From Chlorokybus atmophyticus (Eukaryota; Plantae; Mesostigma and Chlorokybus algae), in assembly GCA_009103225.1 (NCBI GenBank), contig RHPI01001428.1, positions 184,158 to 248,157 on the forward strand: a stretch of DNA of 64,000 nt, given 5' to 3'. The number at the start of each line of letters is the position of its first letter. Positions within the stretch are counted from its first letter, which is position 1. The notes below the pieces were generated by a model. The model did not search any database. It was given only the letters and a program-made list of their open reading frames with translations, and had not been told where the DNA came from. A program made the translations under genes and the position numbers. Shown one piece after another: positions 12,601 through 25,057 of the stretch.

Positions 12601-13150
12601 CCAGCCTGAGGGCGACCACCTCACGCTGCTAACGGTGTATGAGTCCTGGAAGGCGAACAAGTTCTCTAACCCTTGGTGTTTTGAGAACTTTATCCAGGCG
12701 CGGTCTCTGAGGCGGGCGCAGGACGTGCGCAAGCAGCTCATGACCATCATGGACCGGTACAAGCTGGACATCGTGAGCGCGGGCAAGAACTTCAACAAGA
12801 TCCGTCGCGCCATCTGCAGCGGGTTTTTCTTCCACGCCGCGCGTAAGGACCCGCAGGAGGGTTACAAGACCCTCGTTGAGGGCCAGCAGGTGTACATCCA
12901 TCCCTCCAGCGCCCTGTTCCAGGCCCAACCCGACTGGGTGATCTACTTTGAACTCGTGCTCACCACCAAGGAGTACATGCGGGAGGTCTGCGCCATTGAC
13001 CCCAAGTGGCTCGTCGAGTTGGCTCCCAGGTTCTTCAAGCTGGCGGACCCCACCAAGCTCAGCAAGCGCAAGCGCCAGGAGCGTATCGAGCCGCTGTACG
13101 ATCGCTATGCTGAGCCCAACTCCTGGCGGCTCAGCAAGCGCCGAGGTTAA
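9650..13150 (+). CDS. PRP22: DEAH-box pre-mRNA splicing helicase Prp22/DHX8 (S1 domain plus helicase), intronless CDS of 1166 aa
   Basis: One uninterrupted frame from ATG 9650 ([17 protein letters not shown]). It contains an RS-like region, an S1 domain ([18 protein letters not shown]), [29 protein letters not shown] and a C-terminal [16 protein letters not shown]. Confidence 0.98.
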   Translation: MAELAKLQQLALVSKVCTELETHLGMGDKTLAEFVIDLAKEKDTPVSFSKTLASQGAELPLSLATTLLTIIQRMRPSDSTKPKSEAPKPASAYPGLAVPDDRERVKALLDIDAEVAKMTNGRGNGHSADKRDSRDRSARDDDRRGGADKSDRDRGRRRGDHNGADYDKGSSRDRDRDRGRRRSVSPEPRSHNRGGSGSPGPATRMPDEPELYAVYKGRVTSVQDFGCFVQLEGFREKREGLVHASQMSNKRIANAKDVVSRGQSVWVKVMARAGSKLSLSMRDVDQETGRDLTPIARPPAGEEFRSNPRAGADGMAAPFRGLSGVPIVHDDDDDRARRPFKRLSSPEKWEAKQLIASGVLDVREYPMYDEEGQGMLNVEEDVEDDLEVEINDEEPPFLKGQTSQSIDVSPIKIVKNPDGSLQRSAMTQSALSKERRELRDQQQRTMLDSIPKDLNRPWEDPLPESGERHLAQELRGIGMSAYELPEWKKDAFGKAPTFGIRSNMGIREQRQSLPIFKLRDQLVQAVHDNQVLVVIGETGSGKTTQMTQYLAEAGYTTRGKIGCTQPRRVAAMSVAKRVAEEFGCRLGEEVGYAIRFEDCTSPETVIKYMTDGMLLRECLLDDQLSQYSVIILDEAHERTINTDVMFGLLKDVVKNRKELKLIVTSATLDAEKFASYFFNCPIFTIPGRTFPVEILYTKQPESDYMDAALITVMQIHLTEPEGDVLLFLTGQEEIDTACQILYERMKQLGPNVPELHILPVYSSLPSEMQTRIFDPAPAGSRKCVIATNIAEASLTIDGIYYVVDPGFAKQKVFNPKSGMDALVVTPISQASARQRAGRAGRTGPGKCYRLYTESAYKNEMLPTSVPEIQRTSLGMTVLTLKALGINDLLNFDFMDPPPPQTLILALEQLYNLGALDEEGLLTRLGRKMAEFPLEPPMSKMLIASVDLGCSEEILTVVAMLSAQNVFYRPREKQAQADQKKAKFFQPEGDHLTLLTVYESWKANKFSNPWCFENFIQARSLRRAQDVRKQLMTIMDRYKLDIVSAGKNFNKIRRAICSGFFFHAARKDPQEGYKTLVEGQQVYIHPSSALFQAQPDWVIYFELVLTTKEYMREVCAIDPKWLVELAPRFFKLADPTKLSKRKRQERIEPLYDRYAEPNSWRLSKRRG

Positions 13151-13736
13151 AAGTAGTAGCAGGTTGCTTACAGAGGCAGACCTGCATCAAAACGCTTGGA
13201 CTGCAGCTGTGTATTCTATTGTAATTACATTGTAATTACATCAGCTATGTTGTATTGTGTCATTGAAACTGTTGCGTACCGAGTGTGCCAATTGCAGCTC
13301 CTCCAGCGGAGGAGCCGTATTGTAGAGGTGCGTGTGCTTTCTACGGCCTAGTGAATGGACCAACTCTTCATGGTTGTGAGCTGTGGTCCTGCTCTGATGC
13401 AGCTCCATGCTTCATGTTAATCATGTTGAACCACAGGCTCTCTGATTGATGGATAGCAGCTCGCGATGAGGCACAAGCATCAACATTGATTGGATTGGAG
13501 CAACTTACTGGCCGTGTCTGACGATCAATCACAATTGCTCACGTTGCATGATGCCTGTCACTGACCAAGCATCACCCTGCTTGATCAAGCATGACACGTC
13601 CCTTGGGTACCTGGGTAGCTGCGCCACACCATGCATGAATTGATGCCTGGCACCACATCGGCATGCATCTGCGGCGGTGTGTGCGCTCCGCACCGTCCCA
13701 CACCAAGTGGTGCCAGCCAGTGACTTTGTGTTGGTG

Positions 13737-15850
13737 ATGATGAGAACCTTGATGTCCCTGCCAGGGAGCACGCTGATATTGGCCCTGGTCTTCTTGCTGC
13801 TGGGCGCTGTCGCTGCATCAGCGCCCTCGGACCTGCATCGCCAGCTCTTTGAGGTAAATAGGGATGAGCCCTTTAGGCTTATTCTTTCTTTGCTGTGGCT
13901 TGCTGGTATACGACGTCGACCTAGCACACATCTTGACCAAGAAAGTAACACATCAATCAGCTTCTGGGGCCATCATCTGGGCTGCATGAGACCATGCTTG
14001 TTTGTTGCGCTGGTGTTGCTATCTGTAGTAGTCTTGGGTTGCAGTCAACAAGGCATGCATGCGACATCTGTAGCCAAAAAGCAGCGTTGGGCATTGAGTT
14101 GTGTGACGCTTGCTGGCGGGCCAGGCGTTCGCCTTTAAGCAGTCCTTTATGCACGCCTTCAGTGTCTGTTGCCGTGCATGCATACACGCCTGTCAGCGCC
14201 TGCCTGCCTGCTTGCATGTGCGTGCCTGTCTGTAAGCAGGCGTGCATGCGTGCACAAAAACATGTTCCATGCATGCATGCAAAACTGCTAATCACGTGAA
14301 TACCTGTATGCACACATGCATGCATACGCACACGCATTTGCACGCATGCGAGTGTGCTACGCGCGTACGCAACCATAGATGGTGCACGTAGATGCACCCA
14401 CGCACACGCAAGCGCGCGCACATATGCATGCGCTCACTTGTGCAAACGCACACACATCACATGCACTGTGCGCCGCAGAGCGCCTGTCCAGTCTGCCCCA
14501 CCCCGGAGGCCCTCAACGAAACCAATGTCGAGTATCTTCTCCAAGTCTCAAACCTCACCGCGCTTCACGACAACTCTATGCTCTGCCCTTCCAACCTCAT
14601 CATCGTGACCTTCATCACCAACGCAACCTCACCTCAAGAAAGTTCACTCGTCACTGACACCGTGCTGGTGGACGAACTCGTTGTCGACAACGTGCCCGCA
14701 GGCGCGACGGTGCAGTGCGTTGGCTCGCGCACGATCTTTGTGTTGCAAGTGAATGAGACTGCTGCGAATGCAACGATGCAGCAGAGCGTTAAGAGAAACC
14801 TAGCAGAGTCAGTAGCTGCGAGGATGAGTGTAGCTGCGGAGACGAATACTAAGGTACGCGTGTATGCGACGGCAAATATCAACGCTTGCATCAACACAAC
14901 AAGATATGGGCGCTCAGATCAGTGTGCATGCGTGCAGCAGTTGGGCCGGTACAGACGATCTTTGTTTGCATATAACCGCGCACGCATTGTGCCCAGGTAT
15001 AATGGCTGGCCTCTTAAGAGATCAATGACTTGACATGCGTTCGTCTCCTCACAGGCATGTCCGGAGGGGCTGGGAGCCACGACTCTATGCGACTTCGTCA
15101 CTTCCGAGAGTCCCGTCAGAGTGCCGGTGTTTGACTTGAGACCCAACTCTGACATAATCACGTCGTTCGACGGGCCGATCCAGCTAGTGTAAGCTTGCCT
15201 GCTTTGCCATGAAGGAAGGAAGGAAGTCAACTTGGCTGTTGCTCTATGGTGTTGATGTTGACGAGATGAGATGAGATGAGATGTTGTTCTATGCTAATGC
15301 TGCTGAAGCTCCACTCTGCTGCTGGCACAACAGAACTCTGCAAACTGGAGCAGTGAATCAGACTGTCTCGTCCGCCACGGCTGGAGGCTTCTTTTTCATT
15401 CAGGGGAAAGTCAACGACACACAGCTGTACGTATGTGTCCACCAACACATAGCGTAACGTGGTTGGCATGAATGAAGCAGCAGGTGCCAACGGTGTGCTT
15501 TACAGTGTGCAGGGATCGCCATCAGACCAGTTCGTGATCGACAGCGACAACAGGGTCCAAGCGCTTCCTTTTCAGGTGTACTTTTGTGTGCTTGTGTAGT
15601 AGTAGAAGCCTCATCACACAAGCTGCCAAACCTGTCTACAATGTGCTGTGGCTGACTCCGCAGACCTCTCTTATCACTAATACAGAAATGGTGCGTCCAT
15701 GCTATTTAGGCGAACACGGTGGGGGACTACGTGAACCTCCTGCTGCAGCTCAGCATCATAGAGGTTGGATCGCTCACTCTTGTCCCAGGAGACAACTGCA
15801 TGGAGATTACTGAAGGCCGCCGATGCGTGGTGTTCTCAACCGCAACTTGA
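13737..15850 (+). CDS. Putative secreted glycoprotein of unknown function (about 5 exons, about 280 aa)
   Basis: Signal-peptide-like MSLPGSTLILALVFLLLGAVAASA. Phase-compatible GT-AG exons at 13737-13853, 14479-14853, 15055-15188, 15506-15575 and 15710-15850. It has several N-x-S/T sequons (NET, NLT, NAT) and paired Cys. I recognised no family. Confidence 0.6.
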
Positions 15851-16350
15851 TTGATCATTTACCTTGGGATGATACCGATGCAACAGGAATGCTCGGTTGC
15901 GCAGTTTATGTGAAAAGCTTGGTGGTCAATGTGAAGCGTGGCTGCGGTCACCGTAGGAACTGCAACAGTGTTTATAAGAGATTGTACGCTAGTGCATGAC
16001 TAGGCAAGCAACGAGCAACGAGCGAACATATGCTGTGAATGCCGTAGAATTCACTTTACACAGAGCCCGTGTGGGCAGGTACTAACTCAATGCATGCTTG
16101 TATGTCTAACGGGGCGGGCTAGCATTGGTATAGTGTAGCAGCCATAGACAGAGAGCCCGGTGGTTAAATTTGATGTGTAAAGCGTGTGTATGCTTGTGCT
16201 GATGCATGCCATTCGCATTGTGCACACCATGCATGCTGCCACCGTACCATACCCCTTATATACACTCACAATTGTGGCAGCAATCATGCAACTAAGCAAT
16301 CAGCAGCGCAGCGATAGCAGTGCTGAAATGTGTGACGACCACAACCATGG

Positions 16351-19300
16351 TCAATATCGCCTCAAGTACGTGTACGAACGAAGACATCGCTCGTAGTTCT
16401 GCAGTAGCAGTTGCGACTGTGACGGTTCCAAGCAGCCCGTCCGCACGGCTTCCGCCGCGTCCGCAGCGAGCAGAGCCAGCATGTCATCGCCGTCATGGTT
16501 TGCTGTTTTCATGACCTCGCCCATGGCCTGGCCTTGAACCACGTGTGTAAACTCAAAGGCAGGCTGGTCTGGCTCAGGGGTCTGGACCAGCTGCACGTGC
16601 ACTGCGTTGGTGGAGCCAAACATGTTGTGCAGACTTCCCATAGTCTCCTGCAATCATCATGGTCAATCTAGTTGAAGAACATGCGATGAACTCGAGCACT
16701 ACAACAACACTGCTGCGCACCTGGTAGACACCTCCCATGAACAGGCCAAGCAGATACGTCTGGCCCTGCACCAGTGGGTGAACTGGCAGCAGCTCTTCTA
16801 TCTCAGAGTTACTACGATCTCGGCCTATGAATTGATCAATTTTGCCATCGCTGTCGCAGGTTAGATCTGCCAATGTGGCCATAACGACAGGCTTCTCTGT
16901 GAGCCGATGAATAGGCATAATTGGAAACAGCTGTTGGATGGCCCACGAATCAGGTGCTGAGCGGAAAATAGACAGGTTTGCATAGTACACAGATGCCAGC
17001 GCCTTTTCCAAGCCTTGAAGGTAGTCTGGTACTCCGCCAACCATGCGTGCAGCGTCTAACACACGCACTGCAGTCGCCCAGAACAGCGATTCAGCCTCAG
17101 CTCTGTCCAGCAAGCTCAGGCATCCCAACCTGAACAAGCTTTCTGCTTCCTTTTTGAACTGGACGGCATCATTGTATGCTTCCTGCATGCAAATGCGCAT
17201 GAGTACCACCACAACGCCTACGTACGGGTTGATCCATAGACTGCAACAAGTGCAATTACCTGAAAGTTGCTGGTAGATGTTGTGGTCAGCACATGACGGA
17301 AGGTCGCCAGCAAGACATGGCCCGGTGATTGTTGCTGCTTGCCCGCAGCTGCAACTTCTTGCTTCCAGGCAGGCAGGTTGGCAGTGGATGGATCCTGCAC
17401 TGCAGCAAGAACGCGCGCGGTGCTGGCGGCTGTTGCGGGGGAGGCTGCAGCAAGAATATCAAAGACCAGTATAGACTGATGAGAGGCCAATGCACGTCCA
17501 CTCTCGCTTGTCACCACCGGAGGAGCAACCCCCCTTATGGCACAGGCGTCTTGAATGGCTGCGACAATGTCGTTGGCATAGTTCTAAAGAACAACCAGGA
17601 GAATATGTTACAATGCTGTACTTGGTTTGAGCCAAGCAAGGACCATCGGGAGTTGGTAAGCATCTGCCATGATTGGTGTAAGTTGAATACCACCTGTATG
17701 CTGTAGTTTGTGGATGAGGAGCGTTCCAGTTTGGAGCCATCGTAGTCAACTCCCAAGCCGCCACCAACATCCAAGTAACCCTAATATGGGTAGCTTCAGA
17801 TACACAGCGGTTGGACAGGCACGGCTGGCATACAAACTGGAAATGCAATGAATTATACCATAGCAGCGCCCATGCCAGCCAGCTCGCAATACATATAAGA
17901 GGCCTCTCGCATTGCATCTTTGATTATGCTAATGGAAGGAATCTGCGAGCCAATGTGGAAGTGCAGCAATCGCAGGCAGTCCAGCATGTCCACCTGCAAG
18001 TATGAGATGTACATAACCTTGTTTGCTTGGTGATGCAAACTAACAACCACCAGGCATCACACCGAAGCACAAAATTACTTGGCGCAGTTGTTCCAGCACA
18101 TCCACAATCTCTGCTGCGCGCAGGCCAAACTTTGCAGTGTCACCAGACGTAGATCCCCAGTAACCAGAATGCCTGATACCAAGCTTCGCACGCACGCCTA
18201 GCACAGGTGCCACGTTCAGCCGCTTGCTGACCTTCAGCACAATGGGGAGCTCCTCTGCCTGCAAGCCTTGAAGTAAGCACGGATAGCACAAAAACTCAAC
18301 ATAATGAGCAACTTCCGGCAACTTGCTTACCTGCTCAAGAACAATAACTGCATTGACACCTAGCTGACGGCTTAGCAATACGGTTTCAATGTACTCTTCA
18401 TCCTGCCAAACCAATAGAGGGTTACGTCAACTGCTTCAAATCATGCACTCCAAGAGGTGGTGGAATGACAAGATGCTTGTAGAAAGTTTGCAAGCAACTG
18501 CCGAGATGCAGCTCACTGTGGTCATCCAACAAGAACGAGCACCTTGTAGCCATTGCAAACAAGCAGAGCTTTGGAACCATGTCGCCTCAGGGTAGCCATG
18601 CCAATGAGCACTTCGGGCTTGGAACCCGCTTCAAGACCAAACGCAAAGCTGCCGCTGTTTCCATACTGCACGATGTTGTCCAGCAGGTGCCGATCATGGT
18701 TTGACTTTACGGGAAAGACACCTTCGTAACGCCCCTGCCGCCGATTGCGCAGTGAGCCCGCACTGACCATACCTGGGTTGAGTGAAAGCTGCTTATAGCG
18801 GACAACATGCTTGGCAAGCTTTACATGAAGGCGTGGGCGTGTTAACAAACTCATCACACTTGCGAGTGAGTATCTGTCCGAGAAGGGCTAACCACACCGC
18901 TTATGGACGGCCCTTACCTTGTAACCATACATTTCGATGGCCGTTTGAAAAGCATGCTGCAGCTGGTGCATTCGATGTTGAAGGATTTGCGGAAAGCGCA
19001 GGATCAGCGGCGTGTGGAGTTGCAGCCTCCTGGCGGCATCCATTACTTGCATAACATCGAGTTCTTCTGCACAAGGCAGCATGCTTCAGCCGTAAGTTAC
19101 CAGCTGTGAGCACACGGGGAGAAATTGCAACTGCAATAAATGACTGACATATGATTGGGTCACTGCTCTGTAGTAAGCAGTGCAAAGGTGCGAGGTGCAT
19201 TGGTAGACTTGCAAGCGGTAACCAGGCGTGACAGGGCATACTGTTGTTACTCCATGCAGGAACGGTGCTAAGCTCTTCAGGACAAACAGTGTCAACAACA

Positions 19301-19867
19301 ACAATGAATTGAAGAACCACAGGCTGTACAATTGACAACAGACCAGCTTGCGAAGACAGTCTACTTGCAAACTCAACAACAGCAGCGGTGCGTTCTCACT
19401 GGTGCTGCTAGCACATGTACAAACGCTTTGATTGAACTGCAAACATTAGGGCTGCACTGCTCACCATTGTACTCGCCGCATGGCTTCACAGTCAAATTGC
19501 CCTTCGAGTTGATGCCAAAGTACGGCGCACCCCAGCCATCAACTCTGTACAGCTCGGCGGACTGCCTCGCACTCCAGTCATGCACCTCTCTGTCGTAATA
19601 ATTTGTGTCATCAACACGTCGCTGCGGCTCTCTCGCATGCGGCTGTAGCTGCTGCGCAAACACACCCCTGCCCACACGGTTTCGGCAGATTGCTTGTTGC
19701 GGCCTGAATGCAGAACGTCGTCGCCCAGGCCTTTCTCGGTGATGCCAATTCAGTACTGTCTTGTCCACTTCAGACCGGGCGCATACCAGCACACCGTGCC
19801 TCAACCCCGCCCATGACGACGACGAAGTGCCACAGCACACCGTCGCCGCCGCCGCCGCCGCCGCCAT
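16351..19867 (-). CDS. ADC: Biosynthetic arginine decarboxylase (SpeA/ADC, PLP-dependent), multi-exon, with a transit-peptide-like N-terminus
   Basis: Exons give [54 protein letters not shown] (PLP lysine), [96 protein letters not shown] and [11 protein letters not shown]. Confidence 0.95.
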
Positions 19868-20040
19868 GCTGTTGCGGTAATTTCCCGCCAGAATACGCTT
19901 GACGTTACTTGTTGATTACGTTTCCGCATTCAAATTGCGATTACACCAAGGCATTCGCGACGTGGCACTGTCAGCTCATAACTTGGCTGCAAGCTGCTAA
20001 CTAGCTTGCTAAGGATTGGCAAGAAGCTTTGGCTTCCGGC

Positions 20041-20048
20041 TAGGGTTT
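20041..20048 (-). promoter_or_regulatory. Telo-box (TAGGGTTT) in the 241-bp ADC/HUA2-like divergent promoter
   Basis: Exact reverse complement of AAACCCTA, 61 nt before the HUA2-like ATG. Confidence 0.55.
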
Positions 20049-20108
20049 GTGTGCCAAAGGCGCTCGCAGCTAGCGAAGAGGCGTCACTGACGTGCTACGT
20101 CAGGCCAC

Positions 20109-23100
20109 ATGGGTAAGCCGGCGGCGGCGGCGGATGCCGCGGCCCAGGCCCCGGTTGTAGAGGAGCAGGCTAAGGACTTGAAAGATGTCAAGGACGGCAG
20201 CAGTGAGTGGACTGTGGGGAAGCTCTGTTTTGCCAAGGTGTCAGGGCACCCCAGCTGGCCTGCAAGGCTTGTGGAGCCGGCTGAGTATGGTCGCCGGTTG
20301 CGGGCAGGACAGCGCTTGGTGCTGTTTTTCGGCACCCAAGAAATGTGAGTGGTTTGTTGCGCTTTTTTTTTCCAGTGTTTGTGTGTCGTGCATGCAATTG
20401 TGTGACCACACGTTGTCATTGTTGCCCCTGCAATTCCCATCCGCTTCTTAGCGCTAGTGTTGAAAGTACTGTGGATCAATCAGAGTTAATTCCTACCGTG
20501 GCTTGGCATGCGTGAAGCAAGAATGGATGCGCAGTGCACGTTGCTTATATGTCGTCTTGCAACATTGTGACGAGAGAGCACAGGCCGTCTGTGCTGGCGC
20601 TCCTGGTTCACCGCTGATGTGTTCTGATGCAGTGTTTTTGGCTCTCTTGGATTTGAATCATGAAGCAGTTTAAAGTGTCTTGGTTTTCAACCTGTACAGA
20701 ACTTCTTAACACGCTCTGTGTTGATGGTGTTGCAGCGGTGTGTGCTCGCTGTCCGCTTTGTCCGAGTTCACCGATGAAAACAAAGCCAAGTATCTTGCGG
20801 CAAAGCGAACCGACCCCAATGCTTTGGAGGAAGTAGAAACCTATCTACATCGTGCAGTTAATTCAGAGGTGAGAGCTCTCAATCCCTGTGTGCCTATTGG
20901 TCTGTGTGGTTACTACACACCCGTATCATACCAGGCTTTGTGCGAGTCGTTCAGGAAGTCAACTAATCACATAGTTGACAACTGCACTGTAGCATGCCTG
21001 GCATCTGTGTGCCTGGCCGCGTGACACGTCGCATGGGTGCGCTGCCTCATCGGGGTGGAGGCTGCAGGGCAGGGAGAGTGCGCGGCAACGCGTAGGGAGT
21101 TTGTGCAGGAGTGTTGTGTGTGGTGTGTGGGTGTGGGTGTGGGGTGTGGGTGTTGGTGGGTGGGGGTGGGGGGGTGGGGGGGGGTCAGCCAGAGCTTATC
21201 ATCTACAACCACAGGTAGATGAGATGCACGAGATGTTGACAGAGCATCAGGACACAGCCAAGCGTAAAGCCGAAGCTGGTATGGAGCAGGTAACGATGCA
21301 GGTGCAGATCGTTAGGCTCCAAAAAGCATATCAGTCTTGTAGGCACATCCGTAGCCAAGCAGCTCATCACCAGTTTCTTTCTTGAAATTTTGTGGCTTAA
21401 TGACTCTGTTGGCGTCAGGATTCGCTTGGGCCGCCTTCAAAACGTACTAAGCTGAAAACAGCAGTGGCCTCCGTTGGTGGTATACCAGATCAGACAGGGC
21501 CCGAAGTGGCAGCACAGCTTGGCAGTCTCACAGCCGTCGATAAAGGTCGGCGCTTACGCTTCTTGGACCCAGAGTCAAGTACGTGGTGCTGTGGAGTGTT
21601 TCAGAAGCAGGATTTGAGGAAGAAGCACACAGCCCCTCACATGGTTCTTGTCGATGGGGAGACCAAAGCGCGTTGGCTAGAGCTCAGCAAGCTGGAGTGG
21701 TCCTGGCTTGAGCCTGATAAAGGTATGGACATCAATGCCTCATGCCCCATGCCGGCAGCTGGTTTGGCAGAAGTCACAGAGGAGTGTCCAAAGTCAGAGC
21801 AAGCCACGCAGAGCTCAGACGTAACTCAGCGTCTTGGTCACCGTCTGCGCGTTTACTGGGCCGACGACAAAGCATGGTATACCGGACGTCTCACCAAGGT
21901 TGTCAGCAGTCGGAAAAAACCGCATCACATACTATATGATGATGGCGAGGATGAGTGGGTTCAGCTTGAGCAAGAGAAAGTGAAATGGCTTGATCCAGCA
22001 CCGGCGAGTGCGCGAAAAGCGGGTCAAACAGTGCTTGCTTCTAGCCGCACTGTGCAGAAGCAGAGTCAGAACCCCGACCAAGTGGAGCCGAACATAGGAG
22101 GCCGCAAAGCACGTGATGCAGCGATTGCACCTGTTCAGGCGGCGACCCTGTCAGCCAGTGCTAAGCAGATCAGAAAGAACCTGCAGCCTTCCACATTGTC
22201 GCCAGTTGTACCTGGACCGACTGATGCCATCGCTTCAGAACCAGAAGCACTTGCTGGTGAACAGAGCGCTGCAACCGCTGCAATCACTGCAGTTAGCACT
22301 GCCAGCAAAGGTGCAGACTCGAGTTGCTTGCTGGTAATTAGTTGTTCATGCCACGGTATTGCATCTGTGATGTTTGCGCAGTGGTTAGGATGTTACTATT
22401 ACTCTAGACACTTTTATTGATGTCTCCGCTGCTTGCGCAGAGCCACCATTAGGTGACACCACACTTGCCTTGGCTGCAACAGCGGTGACAAGGGATGTCA
22501 AGGAGAGCATACAGAAGCTTAAAACCTCGTAAGCGCTACATTGTATTTTGTTGCTGTTGCTCATCCGGTTTGCACCATCAGTGTTTGTGCTGCCGCTAAA
22601 CCAGGTCTTATTGCAGATATGCAAATGCAACCAAAAAGCGGAATGCGGTTCTCCTAGCTGACACGGACAGGGTGAACGTAGCTGGAACCAACAAGTCACA
22701 TCCAGGGTTTGACAGTGCATCGCACCAGCCACAGTTGCAACCTGCAGTGAAGTCTGTGACTGCTCGTCCAGCACTGGTATTCAGTGGTAGTGGCCCGAGC
22801 ATCCCCGTGAAGACCGCATGCCCTGCAAGCTCTTTGGCTGTACAAGCTGTTGTCGAAGCGCACAATTCAACATCCGGTGGACCTCCCGCGTCTACAACAG
22901 CAGCGAAAGCTACTGAATTGCAGCTGGCACCACCTATGTCACTGGGTGTGCCCCCTGTTGTGACGAAAGTGACGAATATAACGCGGCTTCCTCCCAGATT
23001 GGTCTCAACTGCTTTTTCGTCACACCTAGCGGGTGATTCGCTGGATGGGCTATCACCAACAACTGCAGCAGAGGTTGACACACGCAATGGCAATGGTGCC

Positions 23101-25057
23101 CATGGCCAACCGCTTCAGTGGCGTAGACCAGTTCACACAACGCAAGCAGGCGCCCCGGCTGCCCCTCCCCATGCAGCTGAGCTTGATAGCACGCTAAGCT
23201 CCCTGCACAGCATGATCGACACCCTTTCCAAAGCTCGTGACAGCATCGATGCTGCTGCGCGGTGTGCATTCCGCGCAGCTGGGCTTGGTGCAGCAGAGCA
23301 GGTAACAGATTTTACAGCAGTTGCAGTTTCAGCACTGCACGCTTTCTGCAGTACAGCAGCTGTAAACTGGTGAGGGCAATTTGACAGCTTCGTTGTATGT
23401 TCCAGGTATTGCGTATGATATGCAAGCGTATGGAAAGGCAACCGAACGTTGAGAATCGACTTGCGCTCTTCTACCTTGTGGACTGCATCTCACAAACATG
23501 CAACACAAGAGGTAGTGCTTTGTTAACCTTTGCCTGCTTTGCACGCTTGTAGCTTCATTTCCAGTTAGCAACAAGCACTCATTCAGACACACAGGTGAGG
23601 AGGTATCCGTAGCAGTCAGGAAAGCGGTGTGCAAGCAGCTCGGTAGCATGTTGGCCTTTGTAGCACCACCAGGAAAGGTGGGACGTGAGAACCGCCGCCA
23701 ATGCACAAAGGTACGGGTTGCATTCAGGTCATATGCTTTGGCAAGCGCCATGCATGCACGCATAGGCTGTTATTGTTCTAAACTTGCCTTATGAGTGCCA
23801 TGTATGTGTATGTGCACAGATTTTGGCATTGTGGAAGGAGCGGACTGTGCTACCTGTATCTGAAATCAACCACCACTTGTCAGAGCTACAAAAACGAATA
23901 AGCGAGGACTCCTTGTCTTCTGCACCTGATCGTACACAGCAGCAGGCGCATACCAACAGTTTGCAGGGTGAAGATATGCTAAGCAACGAGTATGGCACGT
24001 GAGTGGCCAACTGCAGTTGAAGACATCAGCTTGTGCGCTTACAGTCCAGCCTGTCTGTACTCACCAGTCTCACCAGTCTCATGTTGTGCGCAGTTTCCAA
24101 GTACCTGGCTTGAGATTGGCTAGACTTGATGATGACCTGGACGGTCCAGATTCACCTTCACAGGCGCATGACCATCAGCCTGCTGCCCTCAACATTAGCT
24201 CTATGCCGCCTACCCAAACGCCATCACCTGAGCCAACGGCTAGATGTCTGGCGGCTGTTGATACAGAGGTCGAGATGGAAGTTGAAGGTGATGATGCACG
24301 CACAGATGACTCCACACCTGGTCAACTACACTCCCCTCCTCCGCTGCCGGATGCTGCACCTCCACCCTTGCCTCCCATGCCTGATGAGCCGCCTCCTCCA
24401 CCGCCTCCATTTCCCGACACGCATGCGCTGCACTGGCCACCTGGACAACCTGGCATGCAGTACCCACCACAGGCACAGCCCGTATCCGTGCAACCAGGCT
24501 TGTATCCGACAGGGGTGCAATTACCCCCCAGTCGTCTCATTCTTACTGGCAGGGTGCACGTGCTTCGTCCTCCAGCAGGGCACGTCCGGCCTATGATTTA
24601 TGCACAGCAGCCTCGCGCAAGTCTTGTACCGTCAGTTGGACACGCTGTTGCGCAGTTTCCAGCCCCTGTACAGGTCACACCAACAGGGCTCCGTCCTGTT
24701 CGACCCAGTAGGTGGCAACCGCTAGCGCCACCGCCAGGTCAGAACAGTTGTCTGCTCGCAAAGGGTCTGCCCAAGGTGTTCATGAACGTAAGATGTGACT
24801 ATTTGCTGCAGGTTACCCTCCAGGCTCAATCAGACCGCAACATCCACAAGACCATGCTCAATTGCAGGCAGCAACGGTGTTGCCAAAGTAAGCAACAACC
24901 AGTTGCTCGTGTTCAGCAATTTGGTGTAACCATGCTTGGTGTCATGCGCACATGTATAGGGCATGCGCCTTGTAACTTACCTCAGTTTGTCGGCTACTGC
25001 TGGAGGCAAAGTACAGTGTTGCCCAAGGCAACCGACCCACCTGCAGCTGCTTATTGA
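20109..25057 (+). CDS. HUA2-like: HUA2/HULK-like protein: PWWP, two Tudor-like repeats, CID/RPR domain and Pro-rich tail; 3' end approximate
   Basis: PWWP: GKLCFAKVSGHPSWPAR...LVLFFGT. Tudor-like: RLRVYWADDKAWYTG...ILYDDGEDEWVQL. CID exons MIDTLSKARDSIDAAAR, RLALFYLVDCISQ, APPGKVGRENRRQCTK|ILALWKERTVLP and MLSNEYG resemble plant HUA2 motifs. The tail contains PPPLPPMPDEPPPPPPP. Confidence 0.8.
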
